A DNA stretch of 64,000 nt from Lama guanicoe (taxonomy: Eukaryota). The translations under genes and the position numbers were made by a program. The stretch lies in the NCBI GenBank assembly GCA_013239625.1, contig MU053881.1:15678373-15742372 (forward strand), in the 5' to 3' direction. Below, piece by piece: positions 38,272 through 51,748 of this stretch (its first letter is position 1; every line of letters begins with the position of its first letter). The notes below the pieces were generated by a model. The model was given only the letters and a program-made list of their open reading frames with translations. It was not told the DNA's origin and did no database searches.

Positions 38272-38380
38272 AATGCATTCAATAAAATATACCATTAAAA
38301 CTAGTTTTACCTGTTTCTGCTTAAGGTGACTACTGGAAAATTCAGGATGCTGGTTGTGCTCAAGTTCCATTGACAGTACT
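38272..38380. mobile_element. MER33-like hAT DNA transposon, right piece
   Basis: aataaaatataccattaaaactagttttacctgtttc...tactggaaaatt...ttgacag. Confidence 0.55.
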
Positions 38381-38552
38381 ACTTGAGCACTTGGAATTAT
38401 AAATGCTTAAAACAGTCAGGTCAGAGCTTCCATTTTATAGGAGAAAACTGAGGCCCAGAAAGGGTGGCGGGTGTGGCTGAGACCACATAGCAAGTAGGGA
38501 ACAGGACTCAGGCAGGTAACCCACTGCAGGACTCCAGCCCCCAGGTACTTAC

Positions 38553-40908
38553 CTGATGGACCCCGAGTGGTCATCTTCGGGACTGAGGCCTTTCTGGACA
38601 GGGGTGTCCGACTTCCTCTGTCACTGGGCTCGCTCCGGGTGCTGAGTGGCCGACTGGCCCGGTCCCCACTGGTCAGCCCCTTGGTTTTGGCAGTGGTCAC
38701 TGAAGTGGCTTTGGGGGCAGCAGTGCCGGGGTTGGGGCGGCTGAGGGGCTTCCGGGTACGGCCGAGGCCCTCTCTCAGCCGGGCCTGCTCAGGAGGCAGC
38801 ATCTCAGGGTCCACCATGCAGATACTAGGTGGGGTGGGCAGCGGTGGGGGGATCTTGAGGGGGTCAGGCAGTGGGTCACGGCGAGGGACCCCAAAGCCCT
38901 CTGTATCCTCATCTGAGTCCGCAGTGCCGGGGGCAGCTGGCAGGGGGTCTGAGTCAGACAGGGTGGGCAGGGACTCACTAACAGATGTGGGTGGTGTCTC
39001 CTCGGCCCCTGGAGCACTCGCCCGCTCCTGGGACCGGGCACTGCTGTCATTGGAGCTGCCAGGGGACGAGGGTGCTGGAGCCATGGGGACGGCCTTGCGG
39101 TGCTCAAACTCACAGGGTGACACCAGACACAGGTCCACATCGTGCGGGGAGGCTGAGCGCCGCACCCGGGGGCCACAGAGTGGGAGGCTCAGCCCGGCTT
39201 CACTCGCAGTGGCAGGCGGTGGCGGGAGCACTTGCTCAAAGGAGACAGACAGAGACTCATCCACCTCTGTGGAGTGCGGGGAGCCCACCTCGGCAGGCAG
39301 CGAGGGCGTGGTCACTGTAGGGGACGCATCCGGCCCGGTCTCTCCACCCCGCAGCGGGCTCAGTGACAGTGGCCCACTGCTCTCAGCTGGGCCCTGGTGG
39401 GCTCCGGCGGGTGAGGGCGTGCATGGCTGGGGGGTGCTGGCGGCCAAGAGTAGCTCCAGGGTCTTCTCCTCCAAGCTGCCACCCTCTTCCCCAGCTGGGC
39501 TCAGCCCCAGCTCCAGGCTGCTCTCCTGGCTGGGTGTGGCCAGCAGCTGGGAGGCTGGAGAGCCACAGGCCTCTGTGGAGGGGCTGGCCTCTCCACAACG
39601 GAAGCTGGGGGGGCTGTGGGGCCCATTCTCTGTTGGTGGGACACCCAGGCGGGGTGTGTTCGGTTCTTTGCGGGGCTTGGGAGCCACCAGGGCACCTGCC
39701 TTCTTGCTGCTGACCACAGCAGGGGCCGCCCGGCGCACTTCCCGGGGCTGGGTCCGAGTGGTGTTCGGCTTGGGGTCTTTTTTTACCTCCCGGAGGTGCT
39801 TGGCTTCTTTCTCAGCCCTACGAGGGGCCTCAGCTCGTGGCGGCTCCTTCCGGGTCACCCCAGGGCGCTCTTGGGCAGACCTGGAGGGCGCTGCCAATCG
39901 ACCCTCTTTCCTCAAGCTGTCCCGGGAGCCCACGCTCTCCTTGCTCTCGGCTCGCCGAGGCCCCATCAGGTCCTGGGGGGTCACCACAGGCTCCCGCAAG
40001 AATCCCAGGTGCTGTAGGCGGACCAGGCCATCCAGGAGGCGGGCAGGCGGCGTGCAGCCAGGGAACAGCACACGCACCACCTTCTCAGCGGGGCCCGCGG
40101 GGTGCCACACCAGCAGGGCGCACACGGAGGCCAGCGTGTGGTCGGCAGTGGCCGAAGGCGGGTGCAGCACGTACATGTCCAACCGGCCCACGCCCATCTT
40201 CTGGAAGAGCACGGTGGGCTCGGCTGGCAGTGGCCCCCGGTTCAGGGGCAGGGGCGTGATGCCCAGCCGGGCCAGGAGGCTCAGGGCCAGCTCCGCCTCA
40301 TCCTCGCCGCGCACCAACCGTGAGGCAGCTGCCCGGGCATTGAGGAACACGACACCCAGGTTAGGGGAGATCAGCCTGCGCAGCCTGTCATCCCCGGAGC
40401 CCCCGCCAGCGGCTGCCTCCTCACGCTCTGCCAGCTTGCGCCGCAGCAGGCTGTTTAGGCCAGGGAGGCTGTCCGCACCCGCGTGGGTCACCAGCACAGC
40501 GTCCACCCGGTCCAGGTGCCGCACCAGTTTCCAGAAGCTCGACTTAGGGTTAGAGCCACCATTGACCAGCACGGTGAAGCCGTTGACGGCAAAAAAGGCA
40601 GCATCGCCGAGGCCACCAGGAAAAATGTAGCAGCAGGGCCGGGCAAGCCTGAGGAAGCCCACAGAGGCCGGAGGCTCAAGCAGCTCAAAGGGGGATGGTG
40701 GCTCCAGTGACTCGGCCACATACTCCAGGAACTCACGCAGGCCCTCAGCAGCTGGCAGCTGCACTGGAGGGTTCAGCCGCAGCTGGAGCACGCCCTGGAG
40801 GCCGGGCACTTCGGATGTCAGCTGGGCCCAGTCACCAAAGGTTGGGCAGGTGATGGTGAGCTTGGCTGGGCTGGCAGGTGGGGGTGTGGAGGCCAGGAGA
40901 TCCCGGAT
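38553..40908 (-). CDS. MAP1S: MAP1S exon 5 (large exon, 2356 nt)
   Basis: ORF 38416..40809(-) with PCCYIFPGG, FWKLVRHLDRVD, DVDLCLVSPCEF; tag acceptor 40909-40911 and gtaagt donor. Confidence 0.97.
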
Positions 40909-41599
40909 CTATAGAGAAGGGGATGGTTAAGGGGTCACCTGCAGCCAGGCAACACCCAGCCCCTTGGGAAAACTAAGTGAGAACATCTCTGTTCTGCCTT
41001 CTGGGGCTAGAAGGGCCCTTTGCCTGCCCTTGTCACCCTCAGGACAAAACCCAGCCTTCCTCACAGTCCAGGAGGGCCTACTGTCCTGCTTCACCACCTG
41101 TCCCCCTTCCACTCATCCTACCCTCTCTCACTCTCCCTGCCCCAGGGCCTTTGCACTTGGTATTTTCACCTCCTAGAGAACAGCTCCTTCCAGGGAGGAC
41201 TTCTATTAGTACCCACCCCCAACTCTGTGTACTGGCTCTTATCTTGCCATCACTACATCACTCACTACAATGTAAAAACATGGTCTGCCAGAGTTTTCTG
41301 CTTATCTACCCTATCCAGACTAAGGGATCCAAAAGGGGCCCCATCCAATTCTGTCCAAGATGGGAACTAGAATCTGGGGTGCCACTTGAGGCCTCTGAGA
41401 CCTCTGGGTCTAAAGGTGCAGCCTCAAACCAAAGTGGGTGATGGGACTGGGCCCTGACAACAGGAGGAACACACGTTACCACCATCATTCCACAGAAGAG
41501 GAGGGGATGATGCTCGGGGGAACAGTGGGTTGCTGGGCCATTACAGCCCAGTGGGGATGAGGCAGGATTCAGAGGCAGGATGGGGAGGGGAAGGCTTAC

Positions 41600-41740
41600 C
41601 TCTTTGTCCCCTAGGACCTGGAGGAAGTGGCGGGGTGAGAAGCCCCCTGTCTGGAGCAGCAGCTCCCCTGTCTCCTCCAGGCAGGGCCCAGCCAGCACCA
41701 GCAGCTTGTGAGAGGCAGGATCCAGCAGGAGGTTTCGGAG
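41600..41740 (-). CDS. MAP1S: MAP1S exon 4 LRNLLLDPASHKLLVLAGPC...VLGDKE
   Basis: 141 nt, cag/gtaagc boundaries. Confidence 0.95.
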
Positions 41741-42556
41741 CTGAGGGAGGGGGAGAGTTTTCAAAGCTGTATTCCATGCAGTGAGATAGCTGACCCCCCA
41801 CTTTGGGGGTAGTCCCCAGCCGCAAATCTGCATATAACCACCCCACTCCTGTCCCCACAATGGCCAGGCCAGTGCTAAACTAGAAGCTGGGATTATAGCC
41901 TGTGGACCTCCTTCTGGGCCCTGCCTGCACTCCTCCCCCCCAAATCCTGCTCATTCTACAAAGCCCAGCTCTAGTGCCCCCTCCACTTGGAAGTCCTGTA
42001 TACCCTTTCTGGGCTCCCTCAAGCCCACCTCTCCCTCTGGCCCAGTCCCGACACCATGGGGAGGAGGGTACTGTGTCTGGCTCTGTCTCCTCCAGAGCCC
42101 CACCCAGGGAGCAAACAGGAGCATTTCTGATCAGAGAAATTGACCTGGACAAGGGTCTCTAGAGGGGTGTCTGGGGGCTCTATCTTGTTTCTCTTTCTCA
42201 TGGAAAATTGGGAGAAGAGTGCAGATGTCCACAAGCTAGAAGTATTAAGAAGTCAATTCAGACAACTGCTGGGCCCCAGCCAGAAGGAACGCACAGGACG
42301 CAAATATCGGTCAGATCCTGCCCTCTTGCCTCCAGACTGTCCCTATCCCGTTCCTTCCTCCCCAACTCCCACCTTTTTTGATGCCACCCGCTCCCATCAT
42401 CAGCTCTGAGGGAATAAATTGAGGCTGGAGCCATTGGGTGGGGGGGTGTCCAGAAGAGCATTTCAAGCAGTATGAAGTCAGGGATATAGGAGGTGAGGAC
42501 AGAGGATGGCATCAGTCCCCGAAGCCTGCTCCCTGCAAAAGCCTACCCTCCCCTAC

Positions 42557-42639
42557 CTCGTCACACAGGGATTTGTCTGATGGATTCAGGAGGACCAGCG
42601 TCTCCAGGGTGTCTCCACGGTGGTGCAGGCTCCGCTGGC
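42557..42639 (-). CDS. MAP1S: MAP1S exon 3 QRSLHHRGDTLETLVLLNPSDKSLCDE
   Basis: 83 nt, tag/gtaggg boundaries. Confidence 0.95.
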
Positions 42640-44136
42640 CTATGGGGAAACCAGGCCCTGTGAGTTTAGGGCTGAGCCACGTGTGTGTGGGTCAGGCTGT
42701 CCTGGGGCCGAACCCTGCCCCACTGTGTGACCCCACGCAGCCACAAGCCTGTCTAGGACTTGGTTTCTCAGGAACCCCAGCCAGGGAGGTCATCCAGGGA
42801 CAAACATGCCTGTGGTAGGGCCACAGGTCAGGATGAGGCCATAACAGGAAACCTGCCTTGGCAGCCCTGGAAACAGCCGTGACAACAGGCCTCTGCTGCA
42901 TGCAGGGCCCAATTTTCAGCCCTGTGGGGGAGGCCACTGTCACCCTCATTTTATAGTCAAGGAGCCTGAGCCCAGGGAGGGCCAAGGAGGATTCACCAGG
43001 AAAAGGGCATAGCATGGGCAAGGGCCCTGAGGCAGGACTAAGCTCGGGGTGTCTGAGGATCAGGAGGTGGCAGGTGGGGCTGGAGCAAGGGGCTGCATGA
43101 GGGAGCCGAGGGCAGGGAGGTCTCACGGGCCACAGAGAGGGCAGTGGGGATGATTCTGGGAGCCTGACCCTGGTCTGTTCCCCAGAGCCCAGATATGTTT
43201 CAAACACAGAGCACCAGACCCTGAGTCTGGAGAGGCAAGGACCCTCCATGGCTGGTTACCCTTTATCCATTTATCACATACTTTTTATCATGTGTGGATG
43301 CTGACCCATTCAGGTGGAGAAACTAAGGCACAGAGAGAGGAAGCGGCTGCCAAGATCACTCAGAACAGGATTTCCAGCTTCCCCCTACTCCCCCGCCAAT
43401 TCAGTGAGGGTCAGGAAGCTACCCAGAACCGATGGGACAATGAGGCAAGGTGACGGACACTTCCTTCCCCTCTGGCAGCAGCCAGGAGGTGACTCAACAG
43501 GCTGGCTGAGACAGGGGGAGCTGCAGGCAACACCCAGGCCCCACCCAGCAGCTGCTCAGTTCACCCCAGTCATCCAAAAATCCCCTGGGAGCCATGAGCA
43601 GTATGGGGCTGGCCCACGAATCCCAACCCCTTCCTTGATCCTGCCTTCTCAGATCCCCATCTACTGAGCATCTACTGTACAGGAATCACAGCCACGAACC
43701 AGACACAGCTTCTGCCTCACCATCCCATGCTCCACTCTCCAGTCCCGCTCAGCAGTCCCTCACTTTCCAAATGTCCTGTCCCTTTGCCTGGGGCTCTTCC
43801 CTCCACCCTCCACACCAACCGCAGCTGCTTCTCATCCAAAAGGACCCTCCTCAGAGGTCTCCCTGTCCCCTCCACCCCACCTCAGCTGCCTCATCTGTAA
43901 AATGGGGACAATAACACAAATTCTTGCCTTGTGGGTTGTTGACGACTGAGGGAGTTAGTGCTGGCTCAGGGCCTGCCCCTCCTCTGTACTCAGTAGATCG
44001 CAGCTGTATGATTAGTGTTGCTGTTTACAGTCATCCCCGAACCCCATGCCTGGTTCACAGCTGGCACTCAGAGAACACATGCCCAATGAATGAGCAGAAG
44101 GGGTGCAGCTACAGCAGGTGGGGTCCCTAACCTCAC

Positions 44137-44238
44137 CTTTCACGATGTTGGAGAAGGTGGCTGAGTGCCGGGACACGAAGACTTTGAGCTGCTCATCGAG
44201 GCTGCAGACACCAGGGTCAATGTCCCAAGACCGGATGC
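44137..44238 (-). CDS. MAP1S: MAP1S exon 2 IRSWDIDPGVCSLDEQLKVFVSRHSATFSNIVK
   Basis: 102 nt, cag/gtgagg boundaries, MAP1 N-terminal motif. Confidence 0.95.
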
Positions 44239-45099
44239 CTGGTGAGGAGGGCAGGGGAAACAAGGAAGGAGCTCAGCTGGACTCCCCAGCTCCCAGAATA
44301 CTTCACTAACTAGCATCTGGCAGGTGGGGGCCGCCACAGCCCCCTCCCCTCAACCTGCCTCTGCACAAGACAGCCTAGAGCCTCAGAACTACCCAACGTG
44401 CCTTTGGAGCTCATTGCTTCTACCGTCTGGGAACCCAAAGCATAACTCAGGCATTTTATAGAGAAGACACATGACATTAGTAAGAAAGCCCTGCCTCCTA
44501 AATAGTCATCTCCTTCCCTCATTATCCTCCTCACCCCCAGGTACAGTTCCCACCTCAGAGAAAGCTTTGCACAAACTGTTCCCATTGCCCGGAGGCACTT
44601 CTCCCTGCCTCCCCACCCTTCAGGTCCTCTCAGCTCTGTATCCTTCTGAGCACTCCTGAACCATTTGAGTTTAAAATTTGTTTCGTCTCCTTACTCACTA
44701 TGGGTCAGCCTCTCCAAGCGCCCACCCCCACCAAAGACCACTAGCCTTGTGAGGGCACAGCTGAGCCTGCGGGTGGTCCCCACCCCATCTCTGCCCTGTG
44801 GGGTAACAGTCCCCAGCCACGTGAACCGAAATGGGTGCTGCCACCCCATTTTACAGGCCATGGACAGCAGGCCCTGCCAATCTGAGAGATGGGGAATGAA
44901 TGAATGCCTTCCAACCACGGTGTGGGGTGCACAAGGCCCGCTGGGCCCACCGTGCCAAGCGGTTGCAGGTGAACCTTGCAGGTGCATCTATGACTCACCT
45001 TCCCAGCTGCCAAATCCCCTGGGCACCTGGGCCGCACCCTCCCACAGCCCAATTAGCAGTTCTTCATGGAGCAATGGAAAGTGGGCCCCGGGGCTCCAG

Positions 45100-45660
45100 G
45101 TCCAGCCTCCCTATCGCTGCTCCTCCCTCCAGAACGTCCAGGCTGCTAAGACTCGGGGATTCGGGGCGGGCCCGGAGGGTAGGAAGCGGAGCCGTTGCCC
45201 GTGTTGCCCAATCGCGTGGGTCCCAAAATCCGGGCCCATGTCCCTTCCCTGGTCTGCACCCTGTTCGGGGCGGAGCACCCGAGCCCGAGCCCGAACGCCG
45301 CTTCCTCCGCCGGCGCCTACGTCCACTGCCTGCGACATGTGCCTAAGGGTAAGGAGACTGGGTCCCTGGGCCCCCAGGATCAGCCACCCCCTGCCCCCGC
45401 CGCACCCCGGGTCCCTGGGCCAACCGGACCTCGTTCGAGCTCCTCCAGCACGTAGGCTAGCAGCCCCGGGCAGCCGCACTCGCCGCCCACCACAAGCAGC
45501 AGCGAGCTGGGAGTCTCCGCCGCCCCGGGCCCTTCCACTGCCGCCGCCATCTTCGCACCGCCCTGACGCTCCGAGCGCCCGCCCTGCTGTCCCCGCCCCT
45601 TAAAGGGGCCGGACCGGAAGGGCTGAAGACCCCGCCCGGAAGCCCCTCCTCTTTATGTGC
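45100..45660 (-). promoter_or_regulatory. MAP1S: MAP1S CpG-island promoter
   Basis: CpG-rich; GC boxes, two CCGGAAG ETS sites (about 45615 and 45636), TTTAA element inside the inverted repeat gcccct-taa-aggggc (about 45594-45609). Confidence 0.8.
45430..45550 (-). CDS. MAP1S: MAP1S exon 1 MAAAVEGPGAAETPSSLLLVVGG...VLEELER
   Basis: AAGATGG Kozak context, 121 nt, gt donor; the seven exons sum to 3195 nt (1064 aa plus stop) in frame. Confidence 0.94.
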
Positions 45661-47729
45661 ATCCTCCCGCCCTTTGAGGTGATGGGAGATGGGCATACCC
45701 GCATGGAGAGGTTGATGGAGTCTTGGGTCGCCGTTTTGGGCATCCCTACCAAATGACCACTGATTCACTCATTCATTCACTCATTTATTCATTCTTTCAT
45801 TCAACAAGCTCTGATTGCATGACTACTACATGCCAATCGGAGTCTCTGCCCTCTGGAAACTCACATCACATCACAATGGGCCCAATCAGAACCAGGTCCG
45901 AGATGGCCCCAGTTCCTTAGATCAGGGCTTAAACAGAGAAAAGAAGGGTATCTTTGAGGGCTTTGAGGGATGTAGGATTTTGCCAGGTGTGGTGATGGGG
46001 CAAGGACATGTGAGGCATAAGTTAGAGCAAATGCAAAGTATTAGAGGTAGAAAAGTACATGTGAATTTGGGACACATTCCAGAGCACTCTGGGCCTGGAG
46101 CAGGGCACATTTATTCTGCACCTCCTGTATGCCAGGTGTTTTACTCCATTAGCTCATTGAATACATGCATAAACCTATGAAGTCGTCACTGTTACTATGG
46201 TCATTACAGAGGAATGAAGAGGAAACAGACTTGGAGAGATGAAGTCACCAAGCCCATAAAGAGACAGAGCAGAGATACAAATCTTGGTGGATCTCATTCC
46301 AGATCCAGCCTGTGGCAGACACAGACTGCCTGGCTCACATGTGCACCCCTCCCTTTCCAATCACATTTAGCCCTTTTTACACATAGTGGCCACTACTTGA
46401 AAAATCATGTTGCATCAAACTTTATGGCAGTTGCCCATACCCAGGAAGGGCTGGGCTATCTCCCCCTAGGAGTGAGGTATATAAAACAAATCAATACAAA
46501 TGAAAGGATCCAGGAAGCAGGATCAGCCTCCCACTGCCCTTCATTATCTGTTCAGCCCAACTTCCTCCCTGGTCAGTGTGCAACAGTTGCTTGCCACGTG
46601 CTGTCTAACATCTAATGTTTGAGTGCTCCACTTCCTCTCTGTCTTTTTGACCCTGGCATCCTTCCTCTATCCCAGTCCCTCCCTCTTGGCTCCCTTCCCT
46701 ATTTCCTGGCTGCCTGTGATTTCTTCTATTATTGCTCTGATAATGGAAGTGGGAGCGTCTGTGTCAGGTTCTATCTCCTCCACCAGGAAAGGAGACGGTT
46801 GGAGGCCAGACCAGGCTGAGGTCTCTCTGGGGTCCTGGCCTTTTGCGTTTAGGCATCTGGAAAGTGAGTGATAAAGGGCTGTGGAATGCGTGAAAAACTC
46901 ACCCATCCACCATTCATTCATTCATTCATATGTACTTACTGATTGGATCAGGACTGGAACCCAGGACCTTATGCATAAAGTCTATGCTCTTTCTTCTTCC
47001 CAATGCTATGAGTTATGATTGTCAATGTTCATTCTAGTTGGCCTTAAAGGGCCCTGAAGTGCCAAGATGTGTCTCTACCAGGGAGTCTGGGAGCTGATGT
47101 TCTGAGTGTTCTGGAGTCCTGAGGTTTCCTGTCCTCAGTCTGGGGTCTTTGGTGTGGAGAGTGTGGGAAGCATTTCCCAAGAGATAAAGAAGCATCTGGG
47201 GACCATTTCTGAAATCCCAGGCATCAGACCCTGGTCATTGCCCTCCTGACTTTATCCACACCTGGCCTGTTTGCAACTCATCTGCCCCAGAGGGGTCAGG
47301 TGATGGCATTTGTGGGGAAAAGAGAACCCTCAGCTCTCAGGACTGCTGGATGCTCTTGTCTTCTTCCTGTGGCAATTCTTTTTTCTTTTAAACATATTTG
47401 TTGAGATTTAACATGGGCATGGTCAGATTCATGCATGCCAGGAGTGAAGGCTGGTAGAGGTGATAACCCTTGGGTTGGGATCAAGGAAATCCCCAACCTC
47501 TGCCAGTTCCTTGGACCTTCTAGTTGACTCTGCCCTCCCTCAAGGTGACTACTACCTTAACCTCCATCACTCAAGGTGAGTTTTAGTTGATTTGGAACTT
47601 CACAGAAATAAGATCAACAGCAGGTGTCCATTCTTGGCTCTGGATTCTCTTGCTCCTCATATTGTTCAGAGCAGTCTCTCGTTCCTTTTCATGGCTATAT
47701 AGTATTCCAGTGTGCCCTTTTGTTTTCTT

Positions 47730-48560
47730 TTTAAATTGTGGTAAAATAAATCTAACATATTACTTACCATTTTAACCATTTTGAAGTGTATAATTCAATG
47801 ATATTTAGGACATTCAGGATGTTGCACGACCCTCACTAGTATCTAGCTCCAGAATAGTTAGAAGAACACCCCATGCCCATTAGCAGTCACTCCTATTTCC
47901 CTCCCTCCCAGCCACTGGAAACCACTAATCTGCTTTGTGTCCCTATGGATTTGCCTGTTTAGGACATTTCAGACAATATGTGGCCATTGCTACCTGGCTT
48001 CCTTCACTCAGCATAAAGTTTTCAAGCTGCATCCACGTTGTATCGTGTATGACCACTTTATCCCTATGTGTGGATCTACTGCATTTTGACGGTCCATTCA
48101 TCTGTTGTTGATGTTTGGGTTGTTGCTACCTTTTTGCTATTGTGAATAGCGCTGCCGTGAACATGCATGTGCAAGATTTTGTTGAGCAGCTTTTGATGCT
48201 TTTGGGTCTATACCTAGGAGTGGAATTGCTGGGTCATAGGGTAAGTCTACATTTAGCTTTTGATGAACTTCCAGGCTGTTTTCCATAGCAGCTATAACAT
48301 TTTACCTTCCCACTGATAGTGTTCCAATATCTCCACATCCTTGCAAACACTTGGTGTCTTTTCCTTTCTTATAACCGTTAGGTACGAATTTGCCACTATT
48401 TGTCCACTTTACCTGTTAATGGACATTTGGGTTATTTCCATTTTGGGACTACAGTGGATAAAGCTGTTTTGAACCTTTTTGTATGTGTCTCCTGGTGAAC
48501 ATACCCTTTTTACCCCCAGGGTTGGAATGGTATAGTCATGTGATAAGTAATGGCCAGGCT
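47730..48560 (-). mobile_element. L1M 3' fragments
   Basis: atacctaggagtggaattgctgggtcata; accattttaaccattttgaagtgtata. Confidence 0.75.
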
Positions 48561-49232
48561 GTTTTCTCAAGTGGTCCATGAGAGAGGGAGTGCCACCCCA
48601 TGTGGCACTTAGTTTTCAGCCATTTTAATATTTGCCTTTCTCTCCTTCTTCCCCAGCTGGCTCACCAACCCTGGTCATCACATTCATTAAGCACTTGTGT
48701 TAATAATATTCTAATTCTGGGTGCTGGGAGATGAACAAAGCTACTGATTCTGGGTGCAAATCACTCTCAGTCTGGGACAGGAGGGATCCTGAGGACCATA
48801 CACTTTGTATGTCAGTTTATTTCATTCTTGCAACAAGTTGGGGCACAGGCTCTGAGTAATCTCATTTAATAAAAGGGGAAGGGAGATCTGGAGAGTCAAG
48901 GGACAGATTCAATGTTCAGCATCCAGCTGATATGTGAACCAGGATATGTGACTCCAAACCCTGCAACAGGCATTCATTCATTCATTCATTCATTCATTTT
49001 TTTCATTCATCCATTCAGTAAACACTTCCTGCCAACTTTCCTGTGCCCCCTAGAGGACTCAGTCCTAGTCCCCAAGGAGACCCTAGTCTGCAGGAGGAAG
49101 AGCCGCTGGCCACAGATGGAGTGGAGTCAGGGCTGGGGTAGAAGGTGGACCTGGAGCTGGAAGAATCAGGAGTGGGGGAATGAAGGTTTTGTGTAGGGAG
49201 ACAGGGAAGGTGTCCTGAAAAAAGGGACATTG

Positions 49233-49345
49233 AGTGGGGGTAGGTAATAGCTCAGTAGTAGAGCACCTGCCTAGCTTGCAGGAGGTCCTGGGTTCAACCC
49301 TCACACCTCCATTAAATAAAGAAATAAATAAATAAGTAAATCTTT
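49233..49345 (+). mobile_element. tRNA-derived SINE (Vic-1-like)
   Basis: A/B boxes, (taaa)n tail. Confidence 0.85.
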
Positions 49346-51110
49346 TTAAAAACAGGGGGACATTGAGGCTGGGATTTTGAAGAATGCATAGGAGTTCATC
49401 AAGCAGATGATGCATTCATTAATTTGACAAACACCCTCAGCCAAATCCTCTGTGCTAACCTCACCCCAGCCTGGTCCCAAGTAGTCCCTAGGCTGGGGGA
49501 GACAGAACGAGACAGGACTTCCCAAAGAGTCATGGATGGGCAGGAAGGAGAGGTTGGGGCTGGAGGCACTCCAGATGGAGGAACATAGAAATTCTTCAGA
49601 GGACCAGCAGAGGTCTCTGGAGAGGAGGATATGGCTCCAATTTGCTCCCCCAGAGCAGAAAGAGCTGGTGCTGAATGTTTTTGCTTTGAACTATATTGCT
49701 TAGGTTCAATGAGGCCCAGACAACATGATTCTGCCTCAAAGAGATGCTTGGACCTGCTTCAAGCCACCTCCCAGCAATGGAGCCTCAGTTTTCCTGGGTG
49801 AGGTCTGTGGAAGGAAAAACATATCCCCTTACCCATGAGCCTTGTATTATGGTAGTAATAGAGAAGGACTTCAAATTGTTGCCTGTTTGTGGAGGTCTAC
49901 ACATTTGAGGTAAACAGGGATCTGTGCATGGAACAGAGATGTATCAACCTGACCTGAAAAGATCTAGGAGGACTTTCTGGGGGAAATAGCTTTTGAGTCA
50001 GGGCCTGAGCACAAGTATGGGACAGCAAAAGGAAGAGCACATGGAGAAGGAAGAGCATCTCCTGTGGGGGAAGCAACATATGCAAAGGCCCTGAGGCCAG
50101 AATAAGCTGTGTGTGTTCCAAGACTAAAGAAGACCATGCGTGGCTGGCTGGTGTGACAGGGAGATGCAGAGGAGTGGAGCCAGGGAGGTTGGTGGGGGTT
50201 GGACTAGGCAGGTTCACCGGAAAGGGTGTGAGTTTTTACTCTGAGGACTATGGGAGCCATGGAAAGCGTGGGAGCAGAGGGGACATGAAAAGTGAACTGT
50301 AAAAAGGACAATGAACTGGTTTTAAACATTTGACAAGATTAACATGTAACTACCCATCCCATTTTACAGGTGGGGAAACAGAGGACTGCAGAGAGTAAGT
50401 CATATGCCCAGTATCACATAGACATCATGTGACAGACCCACGATTTGAATCCACGTGCCCTCAGTTTTAGGGGCTGGGCTCTTTCAGCACCATGCTATGG
50501 GGCAGAAACAAAAGAGGGATCTGGGAGCAGCCTGACCAAGGTGGGAACCCGCTTCCAATCAGTTTATTCCATAAAATCACCATGATGTGGTATGGGGGTG
50601 GGAGTGGAAGAGAGAGGCTGCATCTTGTTTATAATCCAGTCCTCTCTGGGTAGGGAATCTCACAGCCCCTCCTCATATCCCCTAGTTAGTGTGAAGATGC
50701 CCCCCAGAAATGATTGTTCTCGCTCCTCTCCTCTTGCCAGCTCAGGGTTCTGCCAAGCTCCAACCCCATGGTTTATTAGACAAGATGGCCCACTTTGGAC
50801 ACATAACAGTGGCTCAGGATATGAATTTTCCCTTCCCCTCTTGGGCCACTCCAAACCCCACCTCAGGGCAGGTCCTAGATAGAGTGCAGGAAGGGAAGGA
50901 GTGACAAGCTGGAATGGCTTGGGTCTCTGGGAGCTGCAGAGGACCATGAAGTAGAGCCACAAACCACCATTGAACACATACTGTGCTCATCCTCAGAAAT
51001 AACCTGCATCCCTTACCTCCTCCGTTCCACACACGTGTATTAAGTGCCAGGCCAGTAGCAAGTGAATCTCATCCTGCCCTTAGGAACTTTTAGCTCAGTG
51101 CTCCCTAGAA

Positions 51111-51748
51111 TGTTACCAAACTGAACTCAGGTCTCCTTGCCTGACATGAAACAAAATCAATCTACTGATAATAGGTTGTGGTTAAGGAAAGTACGGTGTT
51201 TATTTGCAGGGTACCAAGCAAGGAGAACAGACAATGAATGCTCAAAAGACCCAAACTCCCTAATGTTGTCCAGGAAAGGGTTTTTAAAGGCAGCATTAGG
51301 GGGTGAGGGTCACAGGGTGTGTGATCAGCCCGTGGACATTTTTCTGATTCATCGATGGTGAGGTAACAGGGTGATTTTCAGGAATCTCAATCTCACAGTC
51401 TTCTGGCTGCTACCAGTTTAGGGTCTATATGTCCATGGTCAGCAGTTTCCATCTGGTGGGCTCTTGGTTTCTGTAAAAACACCTTAAAAATGTGGGTGAG
51501 AAGGTTATCCATATCCCTCAAGGAGTTCTGTGACTTTTATATCTGACCTATTATTTAAGTTATTATTACTTTTCCTGCTTGATTGCTTTTCCTTTGTACC
51601 TGCTTTTCCACTTCTCTAATCACTAACTTCTTGAGTCTGCTTTTGGAACTTGAGGAAGGTCTAGGAAACTAAAGCTTTTTCTATAAGCAAGAAACGGAAC
51701 ACAGGGGTCTGTCACTGGTAAGGCCCCATAGGGGCCAGTTCAGTTTCA
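51111..51748 (-). mobile_element. Solo ERV1-type LTR
   Basis: tgttacc...gtttca termini, flanks agaa/agag (4-bp TSD with one mismatch), tttatt polyA signal on the minus strand. Confidence 0.7.

Noticed and set aside
44665..45603. 312-aa plus-strand ORF
   Set aside because: GC-rich CpG-island frame antisense to MAP1S exon 1, non-ATG start, no recognisable domain
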